From the NCBI GenBank assembly GCA_934096715.1, contig CAKOMQ010000003.1:5721-69720 (forward strand): a stretch of 64,000 nt of DNA. Reading direction: 5' to 3'. The position numbers and the translations under genes were made by a program. The DNA comes from an uncultured Bacilli bacterium (lineage in GTDB: Bacteria; Bacillota_I; Bacilli_A; RF39; UBA660). Within the stretch, counting starts at the first letter, position 1; each line of letters starts with the position of its first letter. The notes under the pieces were generated by a model that searched no databases, was not told the origin of the DNA, and saw nothing but the letters and a program-made list of their open reading frames with translations. Positions 9,801-18,521 of the stretch are shown here, in pieces.

Positions 9801-10740
9801 CATCATTATTTATAATATCTTTATTATTTGAATATAAATTTTCTAATACTTTAATAAATTCTAAACTATTTACTTCTCCAACTTCTACTACTTCTTTAAG
9901 CACTTCTAAATCACTTAAAATATAATCAAATAAATCTATATATTTATCATCATAATTAATAAGTTCTCTAATATTATCATAGCCTATTTTTCTTACTAGT
10001 TCTCTTTTTAATATTAAACTAGTATTATTTTCCATATTATATAGAAGATCTTTTTTATTAAGAATATCATCATAATATGATAAATTATTTAACTTATCAT
10101 AAGTTTTATAAGTATCTACATAATCTTCTTTAACAAACTTAGCATCCGCTACTACTCCATGATCGGCTTCATTACCATTTATAGATTTATCTACTATAAT
10201 TTTAAAATATTTATAACCTGATATATCTAAAGTAACATAAACTGACTCACTATTGCCTTTTAAAATATCAGTTTCATATAATTGATACCAAGTTTCATGA
10301 TCAACCGACACAATAAATTTGAAAGTTACGCTTCCATTCGTATCCCGAGATGAATCCACTCCAACTCTTGCTATAAATTTAGAATATTCATTAGAAATAG
10401 AAGAGATATCATAAAGTAGTTCTCCACTAGCATGTATACCCATTCCTTTTAAAAAGCTTTTCTTCTTACCATCAACTATTAAATTAATCGTATTACCTTC
10501 TGGATTCTTATCTACTTGAATACTATGTCCATTCCATCCATTAAAAGATTCATCTTTAATATATTCTAAATCAGACATATATATTCTATCTACAGTATTT
10601 TTACTTTCAATAGCATAGCTCAAATTACTTTTAGTATAAGTTATTTTATTGCTTCTAATATTTAAACTACCTAATAATAAGATATCCAATATAATTAAAA
10701 TTAATAATACTCTAATAATTCTTTTATTAGATTTATTCAT
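6850..10740 (-). CDS. Large multidomain cell-surface protein (NPCBM-like, transglutaminase-like core, F5/8 type C, three Ig-like repeats, C-terminal TM anchor)
   Basis: Probable start is MNKSNKR (GGGGGT SD); the ORF track begins 7 codons earlier. It has an N-terminal TM and an NPCBM-like module (YMSDLEY...GMGIHA...DHGVVADAKF). A Cys/His core (GGICWNQSRVF...GRPTIGIYQPGHEAV) follows, then a discoidin-like module (NVIDGNYYTRWHSDW). Three ~90-aa repeats end in V(D/T)WID(K/R)I(S/G)P, and there is a C-terminal hydrophobic anchor. Confidence 0.65.
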   Translation of the reverse strand: MNKSNKRIIRVLLILIILDILLLGSLNIRSNKITYTKSNLSYAIESKNTVDRIYMSDLEYIKDESFNGWNGHSIQVDKNPEGNTINLIVDGKKKSFLKGMGIHASGELLYDISSISNEYSKFIARVGVDSSRDTNGSVTFKFIVSVDHETWYQLYETDILKGNSESVYVTLDISGYKYFKIIVDKSINGNEADHGVVADAKFVKEDYVDTYKTYDKLNNLSYYDDILNKKDLLYNMENNTSLILKRELVRKIGYDNIRELINYDDKYIDLFDYILSDLEVLKEVVEVGEVNSLEFIKVLENLYSNNKDIINNDVYRKMIIGLSATYSSDTVASSLNYAHVAPTYDYKERFNIYKKLYDDGLFGSYKEAFENYKVELMRILMSDGARNDEIKWLNYYTRINNNNESVYKYVNHIGHGTSYNDEEFHSLLYKDKWDTLYKLSEYGVPIGDKIQRYWMVINKGGICWNQSRVFQSLFNSIGRPTIGIYQPGHEAVLYYIENSDGTGTFNIANNIFGWGKSGTSWYSAKVYRTIFNWANKPFINNISTASSSGYSASYVYLEQDNINNYDLYEKSYLINLLANSYQNKTSIYNESLNIWNLNLDTYDYLIKEYEKNNVSDEEWHNLAIKIIDSYTYYPMAMSDLLKLIKPHLTNSLGIDIINKEHDALVKASIKDGGNQITDKATREVSKVLLDIVDSEIATFSFDGDNKNKIIFNDLYKDYDLSWHYSLDGGVTKSSSILDKMYELSLEEIESINEEDDILIYIDGLDINKPSYIIDITKKDIKENTLYNNDLENKVIGSTKEMEWRIHGTSTWISYKDEYPDLSGNTSVDVRYSRTGTSLPGNYITFDFTLDQVEMDKKYVPISYLEIAGVSSEATNHDGSAKNVIDGNYYTRWHSDWNGNDTERYITIKLKNSIHLSLLEYIPAGGGNGKIIDGKIEGSMDGVNFFLLGEMNNLEYTGNQNDINNGFENIKRIETDPTNEVMYVRVAATNASNGNWFAARMFNLYQDSTKMSSPTGSLVYSTTSITNQDVTVKLIDYDKDNTTIISEGGSEHVFTDNGEFTFILRDNFTYNETRIVAKVDWIDKISPVGKITYDINSITNNNVTATLSVNEEVEVLSDSLNDNPYKFIFVDNGEYIFKFKDKAGNIGYATSKVTWIDRIGPSASVTYTKTNNNTVIAKVTFDKKNVSILNNNGLDYYEFTSNGEFIFSYQDQAGNKGSILATVDSIKNTTNKVNSNNSNIIDDNSKKEDNTIKKDTKEDTSYYENSSKSYSKLMYIMLGIIIVLIVLIIKNRKRVTF

Positions 10741-10778
10741 GATATTACCCCCACTAATCAAGATTAATCTATTCTACT

Positions 10779-11282
10779 CTAATTATCTTCCATTTTCAAC
10801 TTATTTCTAATTAAGTTATATCTATTTACTACTGATTCAACTACTTGTTTATCATTAATCATTTGATTTAATTCCTTATTACTTACAAACTTTATATCAG
10901 ATACTTCTTCTTTCTGAAGTATTATTTCATCTATATTAATAAATTTATTACTAATATACATATCAACAAACATCTTCTTATATATAGAAGTATCTAATAA
11001 AGTTAAATCATCCTTTATAAAAGTAATACCTAATTCTTCTTTCATTTCTCTTAAAGCTGTATCAATACTAGACTCATCTATTATAGAACATCCGCCAGGC
11101 ACTTCCCACATATTAGGATGACTCTTACTACTACTTCTTTTAGTCATAAGTAATTTAGCATCATTTACTATATAGACTTCTATACCTTGATTATACTCAT
11201 TTTCTAATAAAGCACTTCCACGTACTTTACTATAACCAAGTTTATTTCTATCTTTATCTAAACAATCAAACCATTCTTTCAT
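10779..11282 (-). CDS. Nudix hydrolase
   Basis: Nudix box GGCSIIDESSIDTALREMKEELGI. The ATG at 11282 is preferred over the TTG at 11291. Confidence 0.7.
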   Translation of the reverse strand: MKEWFDCLDKDRNKLGYSKVRGSALLENEYNQGIEVYIVNDAKLLMTKRSSSKSHPNMWEVPGGCSIIDESSIDTALREMKEELGITFIKDDLTLLDTSIYKKMFVDMYISNKFINIDEIILQKEEVSDIKFVSNKELNQMINDKQVVESVVNRYNLIRNKLKMEDN

Positions 11283-11312
11283 ACAAATCAAAAAAGCAAA
11301 GTTTTCTTTGCC

Positions 11313-11816
11313 TTACATACCCCTTCTAAAATTTTCTTCATAAGGATCATTTTTTCTTTCCATAAATACTTCATGATTAATTCCAGTTGCGAGTACTGGT
11401 TCACTTTGAAATGCCAAATAAAACTCACTTGGACATTTATCATAATACTTAGTTATTCTTTTTATTTCATCAATACTTGTAATTTCATTTCTTTCATTTT
11501 CACTATTTAGCCATTCTTCTAACATTTCACATTTATCACTTTGTACTAAATCTACAAACAAAATATTAGAACCATCTGGAAACACTTTAACATACGCATC
11601 TCTGACAGATATTTTACCTAAAAGATCTGTATTAGAGCCAAAACATTCACAAACTTTAGTAATTAAGAAGTTATCTCCATTACGACTAAGTACTCCTAAA
11701 AGCTTACCAGAAGTCATACCTACTGCCCTATCATTTTCATATTCATTAAGTCCAATTCCTTCAAAAGAACCAGTTGGATTCATACTTGTATCATATCCAA
11801 AATCTACCTTTTTCAT
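11313..11816 (-). CDS. Hypothetical protein
   Basis: 167-aa ORF with an AT-rich codon pattern consistent with its neighbours. No family recognised. Confidence 0.45.
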   Translation of the reverse strand: MKKVDFGYDTSMNPTGSFEGIGLNEYENDRAVGMTSGKLLGVLSRNGDNFLITKVCECFGSNTDLLGKISVRDAYVKVFPDGSNILFVDLVQSDKCEMLEEWLNSENERNEITSIDEIKRITKYYDKCPSEFYLAFQSEPVLATGINHEVFMERKNDPYEENFRRGM

Positions 11817-11882
11817 TTTATCACCATTACTAGCATATCACACTAGATATAAAGTGTCTAATAAAATTACATATATAGACAA

Positions 11883-12425
11883 TTATTTACATTTATATTT
11901 ATAACAAGTTTTATCATGAGAATAAATTACTCCAATAGCTTGTAAATAAGAATAGATTATTACGCTACCTACAAATTTCATACCCTTAATGGTTAAATCT
12001 TTACTGATACTATCAGATAACCAATTAGTAGATTTACCTACTTCATAATATATTTTATTATTAGTAAACTTACATAAGTAACTATAAAAACTTCCATATT
12101 CATTAACAATATTTTTAAATATACGAGCATTATTAATACTTGCTTTAATTTTTAACTTATTTCTTATAATATTTTTATTATTCATTAATTCATTTATTTT
12201 ATCTTCATCATAATTAACTACTTTATCTATATCAAAGTTATCATAAGAAGCTTTAAAACTATCTCTTTTATTTAGAACACATTCCCAAGATAGACCTGCT
12301 TGAAAACTTTCAAGTATTAATAGTTCAAACAAATAATTATCATGAGTATTTAATACTCCCCATTCATTATCATGATATTCTATATATTTAGGATTATCTA
12401 AATTACACCACGTACATCTATTCAT
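11883..12425 (-). CDS. tag: DNA-3-methyladenine glycosylase I
   Basis: N-terminal RCTWC...YHDNEWGV zinc/HhH motif typical of Tag. Confidence 0.85.
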   Translation of the reverse strand: MNRCTWCNLDNPKYIEYHDNEWGVLNTHDNYLFELLILESFQAGLSWECVLNKRDSFKASYDNFDIDKVVNYDEDKINELMNNKNIIRNKLKIKASINNARIFKNIVNEYGSFYSYLCKFTNNKIYYEVGKSTNWLSDSISKDLTIKGMKFVGSVIIYSYLQAIGVIYSHDKTCYKYKCK

Positions 12426-12940
12426 TAATCAACAGTACCAGCTTTTTTAAATGGAAATATAACTAAGTTAGTAGTACCTTCTAATTCACCAGAAAATATT
12501 CCCCCAAGAATTCGTGAATCTTTAGAAACTTCTCTATTATCTCCCATAACAAAGTATTCATTATTCTTAAGTTTTACTTCCTTAAAATCCTCCGTTACTC
12601 CAAAGCCAAAAGGATCATCCATTTTTTTACCATTAATATATAGTTTACCATCTTTATATTCAACAGTTTCATTAGGAAGTCCAATAATTCTTTTAATTAA
12701 AGTATTACCTTCAACACTTTTATTAACTACTACAATATCAAATCTATCATAGCTCTTATCATATTTTTTTAAGATCATTATTTCCCCATCACTAAGATTA
12801 GGATCCATACTTGTTCCATTTACTCTTATCGGAGTCACAATAAATGAACGTATTAAAATAACTACTAATATAATTATAATATACGATAACAATCCTTTAT
12901 CTTTAATAAATTTCCATACTTTTTTCACTATATCACCCAT
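12425..12940 (-). CDS. lepB: Signal peptidase I
   Basis: TM anchor, catalytic GTSMDPNL, RIIGLPNE and GDNREVSKDSR boxes. The stop overlaps the tag start. Confidence 0.85.
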   Translation of the reverse strand: MGDIVKKVWKFIKDKGLLSYIIIILVVILIRSFIVTPIRVNGTSMDPNLSDGEIMILKKYDKSYDRFDIVVVNKSVEGNTLIKRIIGLPNETVEYKDGKLYINGKKMDDPFGFGVTEDFKEVKLKNNEYFVMGDNREVSKDSRILGGIFSGELEGTTNLVIFPFKKAGTVD

Positions 12941-12966
12941 AATAAAAAGAAATTAAGGCTAATACC

Positions 12967-13308
12967 TTAATTTCTTTCTTTAACCTTATATTCTTTTTTC
13001 ATGTTTTTAATAAAGTTAAGTTTAGCTCTTCTAACAAGACCTTTTCTTACTACTGTAATCTTATCAATAGTAGGAGCATTAACAGGAAATACTCTGTAAA
13101 CTTCTACTCCACCACTTTTTTTACGAACAGTAAATGTTTCTGAAACGCTTCCACCTTTCTTAGCAATTACTAATCCTTCAAAAGCTTGGATTCTTTCTTT
13201 CTTTCCTTCTTTTACCCAAACATCAACACGTACAGTGTCTCCAACACGAAATTCTGGAATATCTTTTCTTACATGACGTTCATTAATTTTATCAACTAAA
13301 TTAGCCAT
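12967..13308 (-). CDS. rplS: 50S ribosomal protein L19
   Basis: 113 aa; FRVGDTVRVDVWVKEGKKERIQAFEGLVIAKKG is canonical L19. Confidence 0.95.
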   Translation of the reverse strand: MANLVDKINERHVRKDIPEFRVGDTVRVDVWVKEGKKERIQAFEGLVIAKKGGSVSETFTVRKKSGGVEVYRVFPVNAPTIDKITVVRKGLVRRAKLNFIKNMKKEYKVKERN

Positions 13309-13461
13309 AGTACACTTCCTTTCTAAATAATATATTTACCCGTAATCATTATAAAAATTTACTATAAGCGGATTACTTCCTTTTTGGGCCTAATTAATTA
13401 TATCACACTATTAACTAAATTACTACAAAAAGTTGTGTTTCAAAAAAAGAAAAAAATATAC

Positions 13462-13490
13462 TTGACAAACTCACATAATTAGTTTACAAT
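13462..13490 (+). promoter_or_regulatory. Consensus sigma-A promoter for the 13521-13874 gene
   Basis: TTGACA (13462-13467), 17 nt, TACAAT (13485-13490). Confidence 0.65.
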
Positions 13491-13520
13491 AATTGTCATT
13501 AAGAAACGGGGGAATCGAAA

Positions 13521-13874
13521 ATGATTAATTACGAAACAAAACGTATTGAAAATCCAATCCAAGGATACGAAATGTTAACTAGAGAAGTTATTAAGGAAAA
13601 CTTTATAAACAAAAGTTATGATAAGGTAGCTAGTATGTGTGGACTAATTATAGATGAAGCTATTGAATATGCTATTCAATACTCTGCTTTAAGTAAAGCA
13701 ATTGAAAGACTTTCTAGCGAATCTTTAGACACAACAGCGGAAGTTGAAGAAAGAAAAGCACTACTTGATAACTTAACAATTATGGCTGTAGAAAAAGATA
13801 ATTACATTAAAGAAAATGGATATGGAGCTTATCAAGACTTAATGAAAAGTAAAGAAAGTTCTAGTTCAAGATAA
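13521..13874 (+). CDS. Hypothetical acidic protein (ends ...KESSSSR)
   Basis: 117-aa ORF with a GGGGGA SD and its own promoter and terminator. No family recognised. Confidence 0.5.
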   Translation: MINYETKRIENPIQGYEMLTREVIKENFINKSYDKVASMCGLIIDEAIEYAIQYSALSKAIERLSSESLDTTAEVEERKALLDNLTIMAVEKDNYIKENGYGAYQDLMKSKESSSSR

Positions 13875-13877
13875 CGG

Positions 13878-13901
13878 AAATGTGCAAATGCGCATTTTTT
13901 T
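13878..13901 (+). terminator. Intrinsic terminator
   Basis: AAATGTGCA/TGCGCATTT hairpin followed by a T7 run. Confidence 0.6.
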
Positions 13902-13958
13902 CTTGCAAATAATCAAGTTATTTGATAGAATGAATATGTATTTTTAAGGAGGGAATTT

Positions 13959-14222
13959 ATGCCAAATATTAAAAGTTCTAAAAAAGCAGTTAAAGTAATT
14001 GCTAAGAAAACAAATGAAAATCACGAACTTAAAGCTAGAGTTAACAATTTAATTAAAGCTTGTGAAAAAGAAATCAAAGCTGGTAATGCAGAAAACGCTA
14101 ATAACAAGTTTAAAGAATTACAAACAAATATTGATAAAGCTTTACAAAAAGGTTTAATTAAAGAAAATAAAGTTAATCGTGAAAAATCACGTATAAATGC
14201 TAAAATTAAAAATATGAAGTAG
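13959..14222 (+). CDS. rpsT: 30S ribosomal protein S20
   Basis: 87 aa; MPNIKSSKKAVKV... is the typical S20 N-terminus. Preceded by TTGCAA-17-TAGAAT and a GGAGGG SD. Confidence 0.9.
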   Translation: MPNIKSSKKAVKVIAKKTNENHELKARVNNLIKACEKEIKAGNAENANNKFKELQTNIDKALQKGLIKENKVNREKSRINAKIKNMK

Positions 14223-14274
14223 TTGTCTACTTTATTTTTTTTTGATAAAATTAACTTTAGAAGGGAGTCTTAAT

Positions 14275-15222
14275 ATGAAGAAAACTTTGGTAATAATAAC
14301 TTCTATTCTTTTAATAGGCTTAGTAATATACAAAAATGAGTCTATCAGTGATTATTTAAGTAAAAGACTTGTTAATAATCAAAAATTAATAATAAAAGAT
14401 AAAAATGAATATAAAAAAGATTATAATTTTTTGTACGTTAAAAATAGTAAGGATTATATTCCCTACTCTAAGCAAGATTTAATAGATATTGTATTTAGTA
14501 TGTTAAATAACGGTTGGGATGATTTTACATTCTACTGTCCAAGTGAATATACTAGTTGCATAAGTGATATGGAGACTCTTACTCGTGACGACACAACACT
14601 TGCTCACGTAAATAACTTTGTTCATCCATATAATAGCTATGACAAAATAAAAACTACTATAAACGAAAGCGGCGAAATAAATATTAAGATAACTAAATTA
14701 TATACAGAAGATGATATTAATTCTATTAATAAAAAAGTAGATGAAATAATTAGTAGCAACTATAATGAGAGTGATACTGATAATAATAATTTAAAAAGAA
14801 TTCATGACTATATAATAAATAATGTTAAATATGATGTAACACGTAATAATGAAGGTAACAGTAAATATAGGTCTTTCATGGCTTATGGTCCTGCTTTAGA
14901 AGGATATGCAACTTGTAACGGATATGCTGACTTGATGGCTATAATATTATCCAAGTTAGGGTACGAAAATTTTAAAGTAGCTACTACCCTATATGAACTT
15001 AAAGATAAAGACGCCGGACATATCTGGAATGCTGTTAAGATAGATAATAAATGGTTACATATAGATTTAACTTGGGATGATCCAGTTAGTGATGATGGTA
15101 AAGATTACTTGTATCATAAGTATTTCTTAGTTAATGAACAAGAATTAAAAGAAGCTGACAGCGGAGATGTCAACGTTGATGAACATAATTTTAATAAAAG
15201 TGTTTATTTAGAATTTAAATAA
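14275..15222 (+). CDS. Transglutaminase-like superfamily protein, membrane anchored
   Basis: Start MKKTLVIITSILLIGL (GGGAG SD). Cys/His/Asp core: ATCNGYADLMAIILSKLG...GHIWNAVKIDNKWLHIDLTWDD. Confidence 0.65.
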   Translation: MKKTLVIITSILLIGLVIYKNESISDYLSKRLVNNQKLIIKDKNEYKKDYNFLYVKNSKDYIPYSKQDLIDIVFSMLNNGWDDFTFYCPSEYTSCISDMETLTRDDTTLAHVNNFVHPYNSYDKIKTTINESGEINIKITKLYTEDDINSINKKVDEIISSNYNESDTDNNNLKRIHDYIINNVKYDVTRNNEGNSKYRSFMAYGPALEGYATCNGYADLMAIILSKLGYENFKVATTLYELKDKDAGHIWNAVKIDNKWLHIDLTWDDPVSDDGKDYLYHKYFLVNEQELKEADSGDVNVDEHNFNKSVYLEFK

Positions 15223-15950
15223 TCAATCACATCTTTTACAGTATTATTAAAATTATCATAATCTACATTAAACCAATTTACATCAAGTTTATTATTAAAC
15301 CAAGTATATTGCCTTTTAGCGTAGTGTCGTGTATTTTTCTTAATAAGTTCTATACTTTCATCAAGAGTTAGTTCATTATTAAAGTATTTAATTAATTCTT
15401 TATAACCTATCGCAGAATGTAATATTTTACTGTATGGATATTTTCCATATAGTTTTTTTACTTCACTGATAAGTCCTTCTCTAACCATTTCATCAACCCT
15501 ACTATTAATTCTATTATATAAGATCTTCCTATCGGTAGTAAGTCCTATATAATAGGCTTTATATAATTCTTTAGCATGATTAGTAGTTTTATCTCTAGTT
15601 GGATTATCTATATCAAATTTATAATCATATAGTAAAGCATTAATGTATAAACCTGTTCCACCTACTATAATAATATTTTTATCAGTGTTATCTAATAGTA
15701 TTTTGCGTGTATCTTTTTGATATTCAAAAACATTATATTCTTCTATAGGACTTTTAATATCTATCATATAATGTTTAATACCTTCCGTTTCACTCGGTTT
15801 TACTTTAGAAGAACCTATATCAAGTTCTTTATATATCTGAGTTGCATCTGCATTAATAATAATCCCATTATAATATTTAGCAAGTTCTATACTCATTTTA
15901 GTTTTACCTACTCCACTTGGACCACAAACCACAATAATCATACTTGTCAC
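15204..15950 (-). CDS. miaA: tRNA dimethylallyltransferase
   Basis: P-loop GPSGVGKT, NADATQIYKELDIGSSK and GGTGLYINALL motifs. At 248 aa it is shorter than typical MiaA. Confidence 0.8.
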   Translation of the reverse strand: MTSMIIVVCGPSGVGKTKMSIELAKYYNGIIINADATQIYKELDIGSSKVKPSETEGIKHYMIDIKSPIEEYNVFEYQKDTRKILLDNTDKNIIIVGGTGLYINALLYDYKFDIDNPTRDKTTNHAKELYKAYYIGLTTDRKILYNRINSRVDEMVREGLISEVKKLYGKYPYSKILHSAIGYKELIKYFNNELTLDESIELIKKNTRHYAKRQYTWFNNKLDVNWFNVDYDNFNNTVKDVIDYLNSK

Positions 15951-16031
15951 TTCCTTATGGAGTTATTATATAAAAAACTAAGCTATTTGACAAATATTTA
16001 TGAAGCATGCTATATTTTAAGCGGTGAAAAT

Positions 16032-17147
16032 ATGGAATCAATTGGAATTATTTGTGAGTATAGTCCTTTTCATAATGGACATTTGTATCATATTAATAAA
16101 GTAAAAGAATTATTTAAAGACTCAACTATTATTTTGGTGATTAATGGTTATTTTTTAGAACGCGGAAGTATCTCTTTAATGAGTAAATCTAATAAAACAA
16201 AAATTGCTTTAGAATATGGCGTAGATTTAGTCTTGGAATTACCTACAATATATGGTACTCAAAGCGCTGATGTATTTGCAAGTAAAAGTATAGAGATTCT
16301 TAATAAGTTTCAGGTAAACCGCATAGTTTTTGGTAGTGAATGTGACAACATAAGTATTTTAGAAAGTATTGCAAAAAAACAAATAGAAAATAAAAATGAA
16401 ATAGATAAACTTGTAAAAGAAAACTTAAAAACTGGAATGAGTTATCCCGTTAGCTTGGCTAAAAGTTTAAATATAGATGAAATAAAACCTAACGATTTAT
16501 TAGGAATATCCTATATAAAATGTATATTAGAAAATAAATATAACATTGAATATACTAGTATAAAAAGAACTAATGAATATTTAGATGTAAGTGATAACTC
16601 TTGTATTATAAGTGCCACTAATATTAGAAAAAAATTACAAGATAATAAAAATATAAATAAATTTATTCCTGGATATAAATCAGAACTTATTAGTAAAATA
16701 GATTATGATAAGTTATTTGAATTATTAAAGTATAAAATAATTACAGATAACTACTTAGATAATTATTTAGATGTTACAGAAGGATTAGATAAAAAACTAA
16801 AGAATGTTATCTATAAATCTAATAGTATGGAAGAACTTATAAATAATGTTAAATCTAAGAGATATACTTTTAATCGAGTTAATAGGATGCTTACTCATAT
16901 TCTATTGGGTATAGAAAAAGATGTTAATGATATAAATAATTCTTATATAAGAGTACTTGGTTTTAATAATAAAGGAAAAAATTATTTAAGTAAAATAAAG
17001 AAAGAAATAAACACCTGTATAGATAAGAATTCATATATTTATAGATATGAACTTGTTGCAGCTTCTCTATATGAACTTATTACAAACACTAAATGTTTAC
17101 AGTTTGAATTAGCTAAAAAACCTATTTATGTGAAAGAATGTGACTAA
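16032..17147 (+). CDS. tmcAL: tRNA(Met) cytidine acetate ligase (YlbM/UPF0348 family nucleotidyltransferase)
   Basis: True start is MESIGIICEYSPFHNGHLYHINKVKE (HxGH motif). The ORF-track N-terminal extension from 15717 runs antisense through miaA and is spurious. Confidence 0.8.
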   Translation: MESIGIICEYSPFHNGHLYHINKVKELFKDSTIILVINGYFLERGSISLMSKSNKTKIALEYGVDLVLELPTIYGTQSADVFASKSIEILNKFQVNRIVFGSECDNISILESIAKKQIENKNEIDKLVKENLKTGMSYPVSLAKSLNIDEIKPNDLLGISYIKCILENKYNIEYTSIKRTNEYLDVSDNSCIISATNIRKKLQDNKNINKFIPGYKSELISKIDYDKLFELLKYKIITDNYLDNYLDVTEGLDKKLKNVIYKSNSMEELINNVKSKRYTFNRVNRMLTHILLGIEKDVNDINNSYIRVLGFNNKGKNYLSKIKKEINTCIDKNSYIYRYELVAASLYELITNTKCLQFELAKKPIYVKECD

Positions 17148-17173
17148 AAATGTAAATATCTATTTACTTTTGT

Positions 17174-17202
17174 TTGACATTGCAAGGTTTTTGTGGTATC
17201 AT
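17174..17202 (+). promoter_or_regulatory. Sigma-A promoter (extended -10)
   Basis: TTGACA (17174-17179), 17 nt, TATCAT (17197-17202), preceded by TGG. Confidence 0.6.
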
Positions 17203-17235
17203 ATAGCTCGTATAAATCAGTTAAGGGGGATTAAT

Positions 17236-18507
17236 ATGGAAAATAATATGGAAAAACTAATAAAAACAAGAAATGAATTAGCAAAAGCTATTCAAGAATT
17301 AGAAGTTAAAGAAAAAAGAACAGCTGATGAAGAATTACAATTGATAGCGTTAAATGGTCAATTGGCACTTATCAATCAATACATTGATATGTTAAAAAGA
17401 CAACCTAAGAGCGAAAACAATGAAAATAGTGAATTCAAGAAAGTTGATAATGAAGTGTTAAAGATTAAAAACTTATCTGCAGAAGAAGAAAAATTATTTC
17501 AAGAATGTTACGATATGTTTGAAGAACTTGAAAAAATGGGATACTATGAAGATAAGTTAGATGAACATAAAGAAACAGATGATTTTCTTTACAGAGTTGA
17601 TTGTCAAGAAGACTTTGAAGGAAGATTAGATAAATTAAAAATACTACATTATGATTTAACAAAGAAACTTAAAGAAGCTAAGAAAGAAAAAGCTACCAAA
17701 ACAGGAACTATTGCTAAAAAAATTGGTGCTGTAGTACTTGCTACTGCTATTCTAGTTGGAGCGTTCTTTATAGCCAAGGATATTAAATCAAAAGAAAAAG
17801 CTGTAGATGTAGATCCAGATAATACAATTGAGTTAGAATATAATACTGAAAGTTATGACTACTTTATTGGTAAAGGAGTTAGACCTAGTGATGCCGAAAA
17901 ATTAGCTAGTAACTCTACTATGATTATGAGTATCTTAAATGAAAATAATGCTGGTATTAAAGTAAATGATGTAGATGAAATGTTATTTGATATCTATGAT
18001 GGTAAGAATATTACTTCTACAATGCAAGATTATGATTCATATGATACTTATGCAGATATAGGAAATGAAGCTAGTACAGATGTATTTAATAATATGGCTG
18101 GTGTACCTGGATATGAATCTATTGATAGTAATAGATGTGCTAATATATTAGATACTTATAGATATTTAGATATTACTGATGGTAGTGATTATGATAAATT
18201 TAATGAAACACTAGCAGATGCTATTACTAAGTTCTATTTAGATTCTAGTAAAGAAAATGCACAAAACTTAATTGATACTATGTATACAGTAAATAAAGAA
18301 GATGGTTTCTTAACTCCATCACTTGAAGGTTTACTTGCTGAATTTATGGCTGGTCCTGGTGCAGCAGTACTTGTAAATTATGGAGAACTTACTGTTAGTA
18401 AAGATTTAACAGAACACAATATAACTGCTAATGAGTTAATAAATGATATTGTAATGCAAATTGAAGTGTTTGAACGTGATTGCACTTATACAAGATCGCT
18501 AAATTAG
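17236..18507 (+). CDS. Bitopic membrane protein: cytoplasmic coiled-coil, single TM, extracellular domain
   Basis: Start MENNMEKL after an AAGGGGGA SD. Heptad-rich charged N-terminal half, TM segment IGAVVLATAILVGAFFI, and an unknown C-terminal domain. Confidence 0.55.
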   Translation: MENNMEKLIKTRNELAKAIQELEVKEKRTADEELQLIALNGQLALINQYIDMLKRQPKSENNENSEFKKVDNEVLKIKNLSAEEEKLFQECYDMFEELEKMGYYEDKLDEHKETDDFLYRVDCQEDFEGRLDKLKILHYDLTKKLKEAKKEKATKTGTIAKKIGAVVLATAILVGAFFIAKDIKSKEKAVDVDPDNTIELEYNTESYDYFIGKGVRPSDAEKLASNSTMIMSILNENNAGIKVNDVDEMLFDIYDGKNITSTMQDYDSYDTYADIGNEASTDVFNNMAGVPGYESIDSNRCANILDTYRYLDITDGSDYDKFNETLADAITKFYLDSSKENAQNLIDTMYTVNKEDGFLTPSLEGLLAEFMAGPGAAVLVNYGELTVSKDLTEHNITANELINDIVMQIEVFERDCTYTRSLN

Positions 18508-18521
18508 TTAGGGGGTAAAAT

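Noticed and set aside
13309-13400. Possible L19 (rplS) ribosomal-protein leader structure (GTAATC...GATTAC hairpin and an SD-like GGAAGTAAT).
   Set aside because: Only a single 6-bp stem with a large loop could be seen by eye. I cannot verify a match to the known L19 leader motif without a covariance-model search.
15717-16031. N-terminal 105-codon extension of the tmcAL ORF in the track.
   Set aside because: The extension is antisense to miaA, hydrophobic nonsense, and precedes the family-typical start MESIGIICEYSPFHNGH, which has its own SD-like GGTGA.
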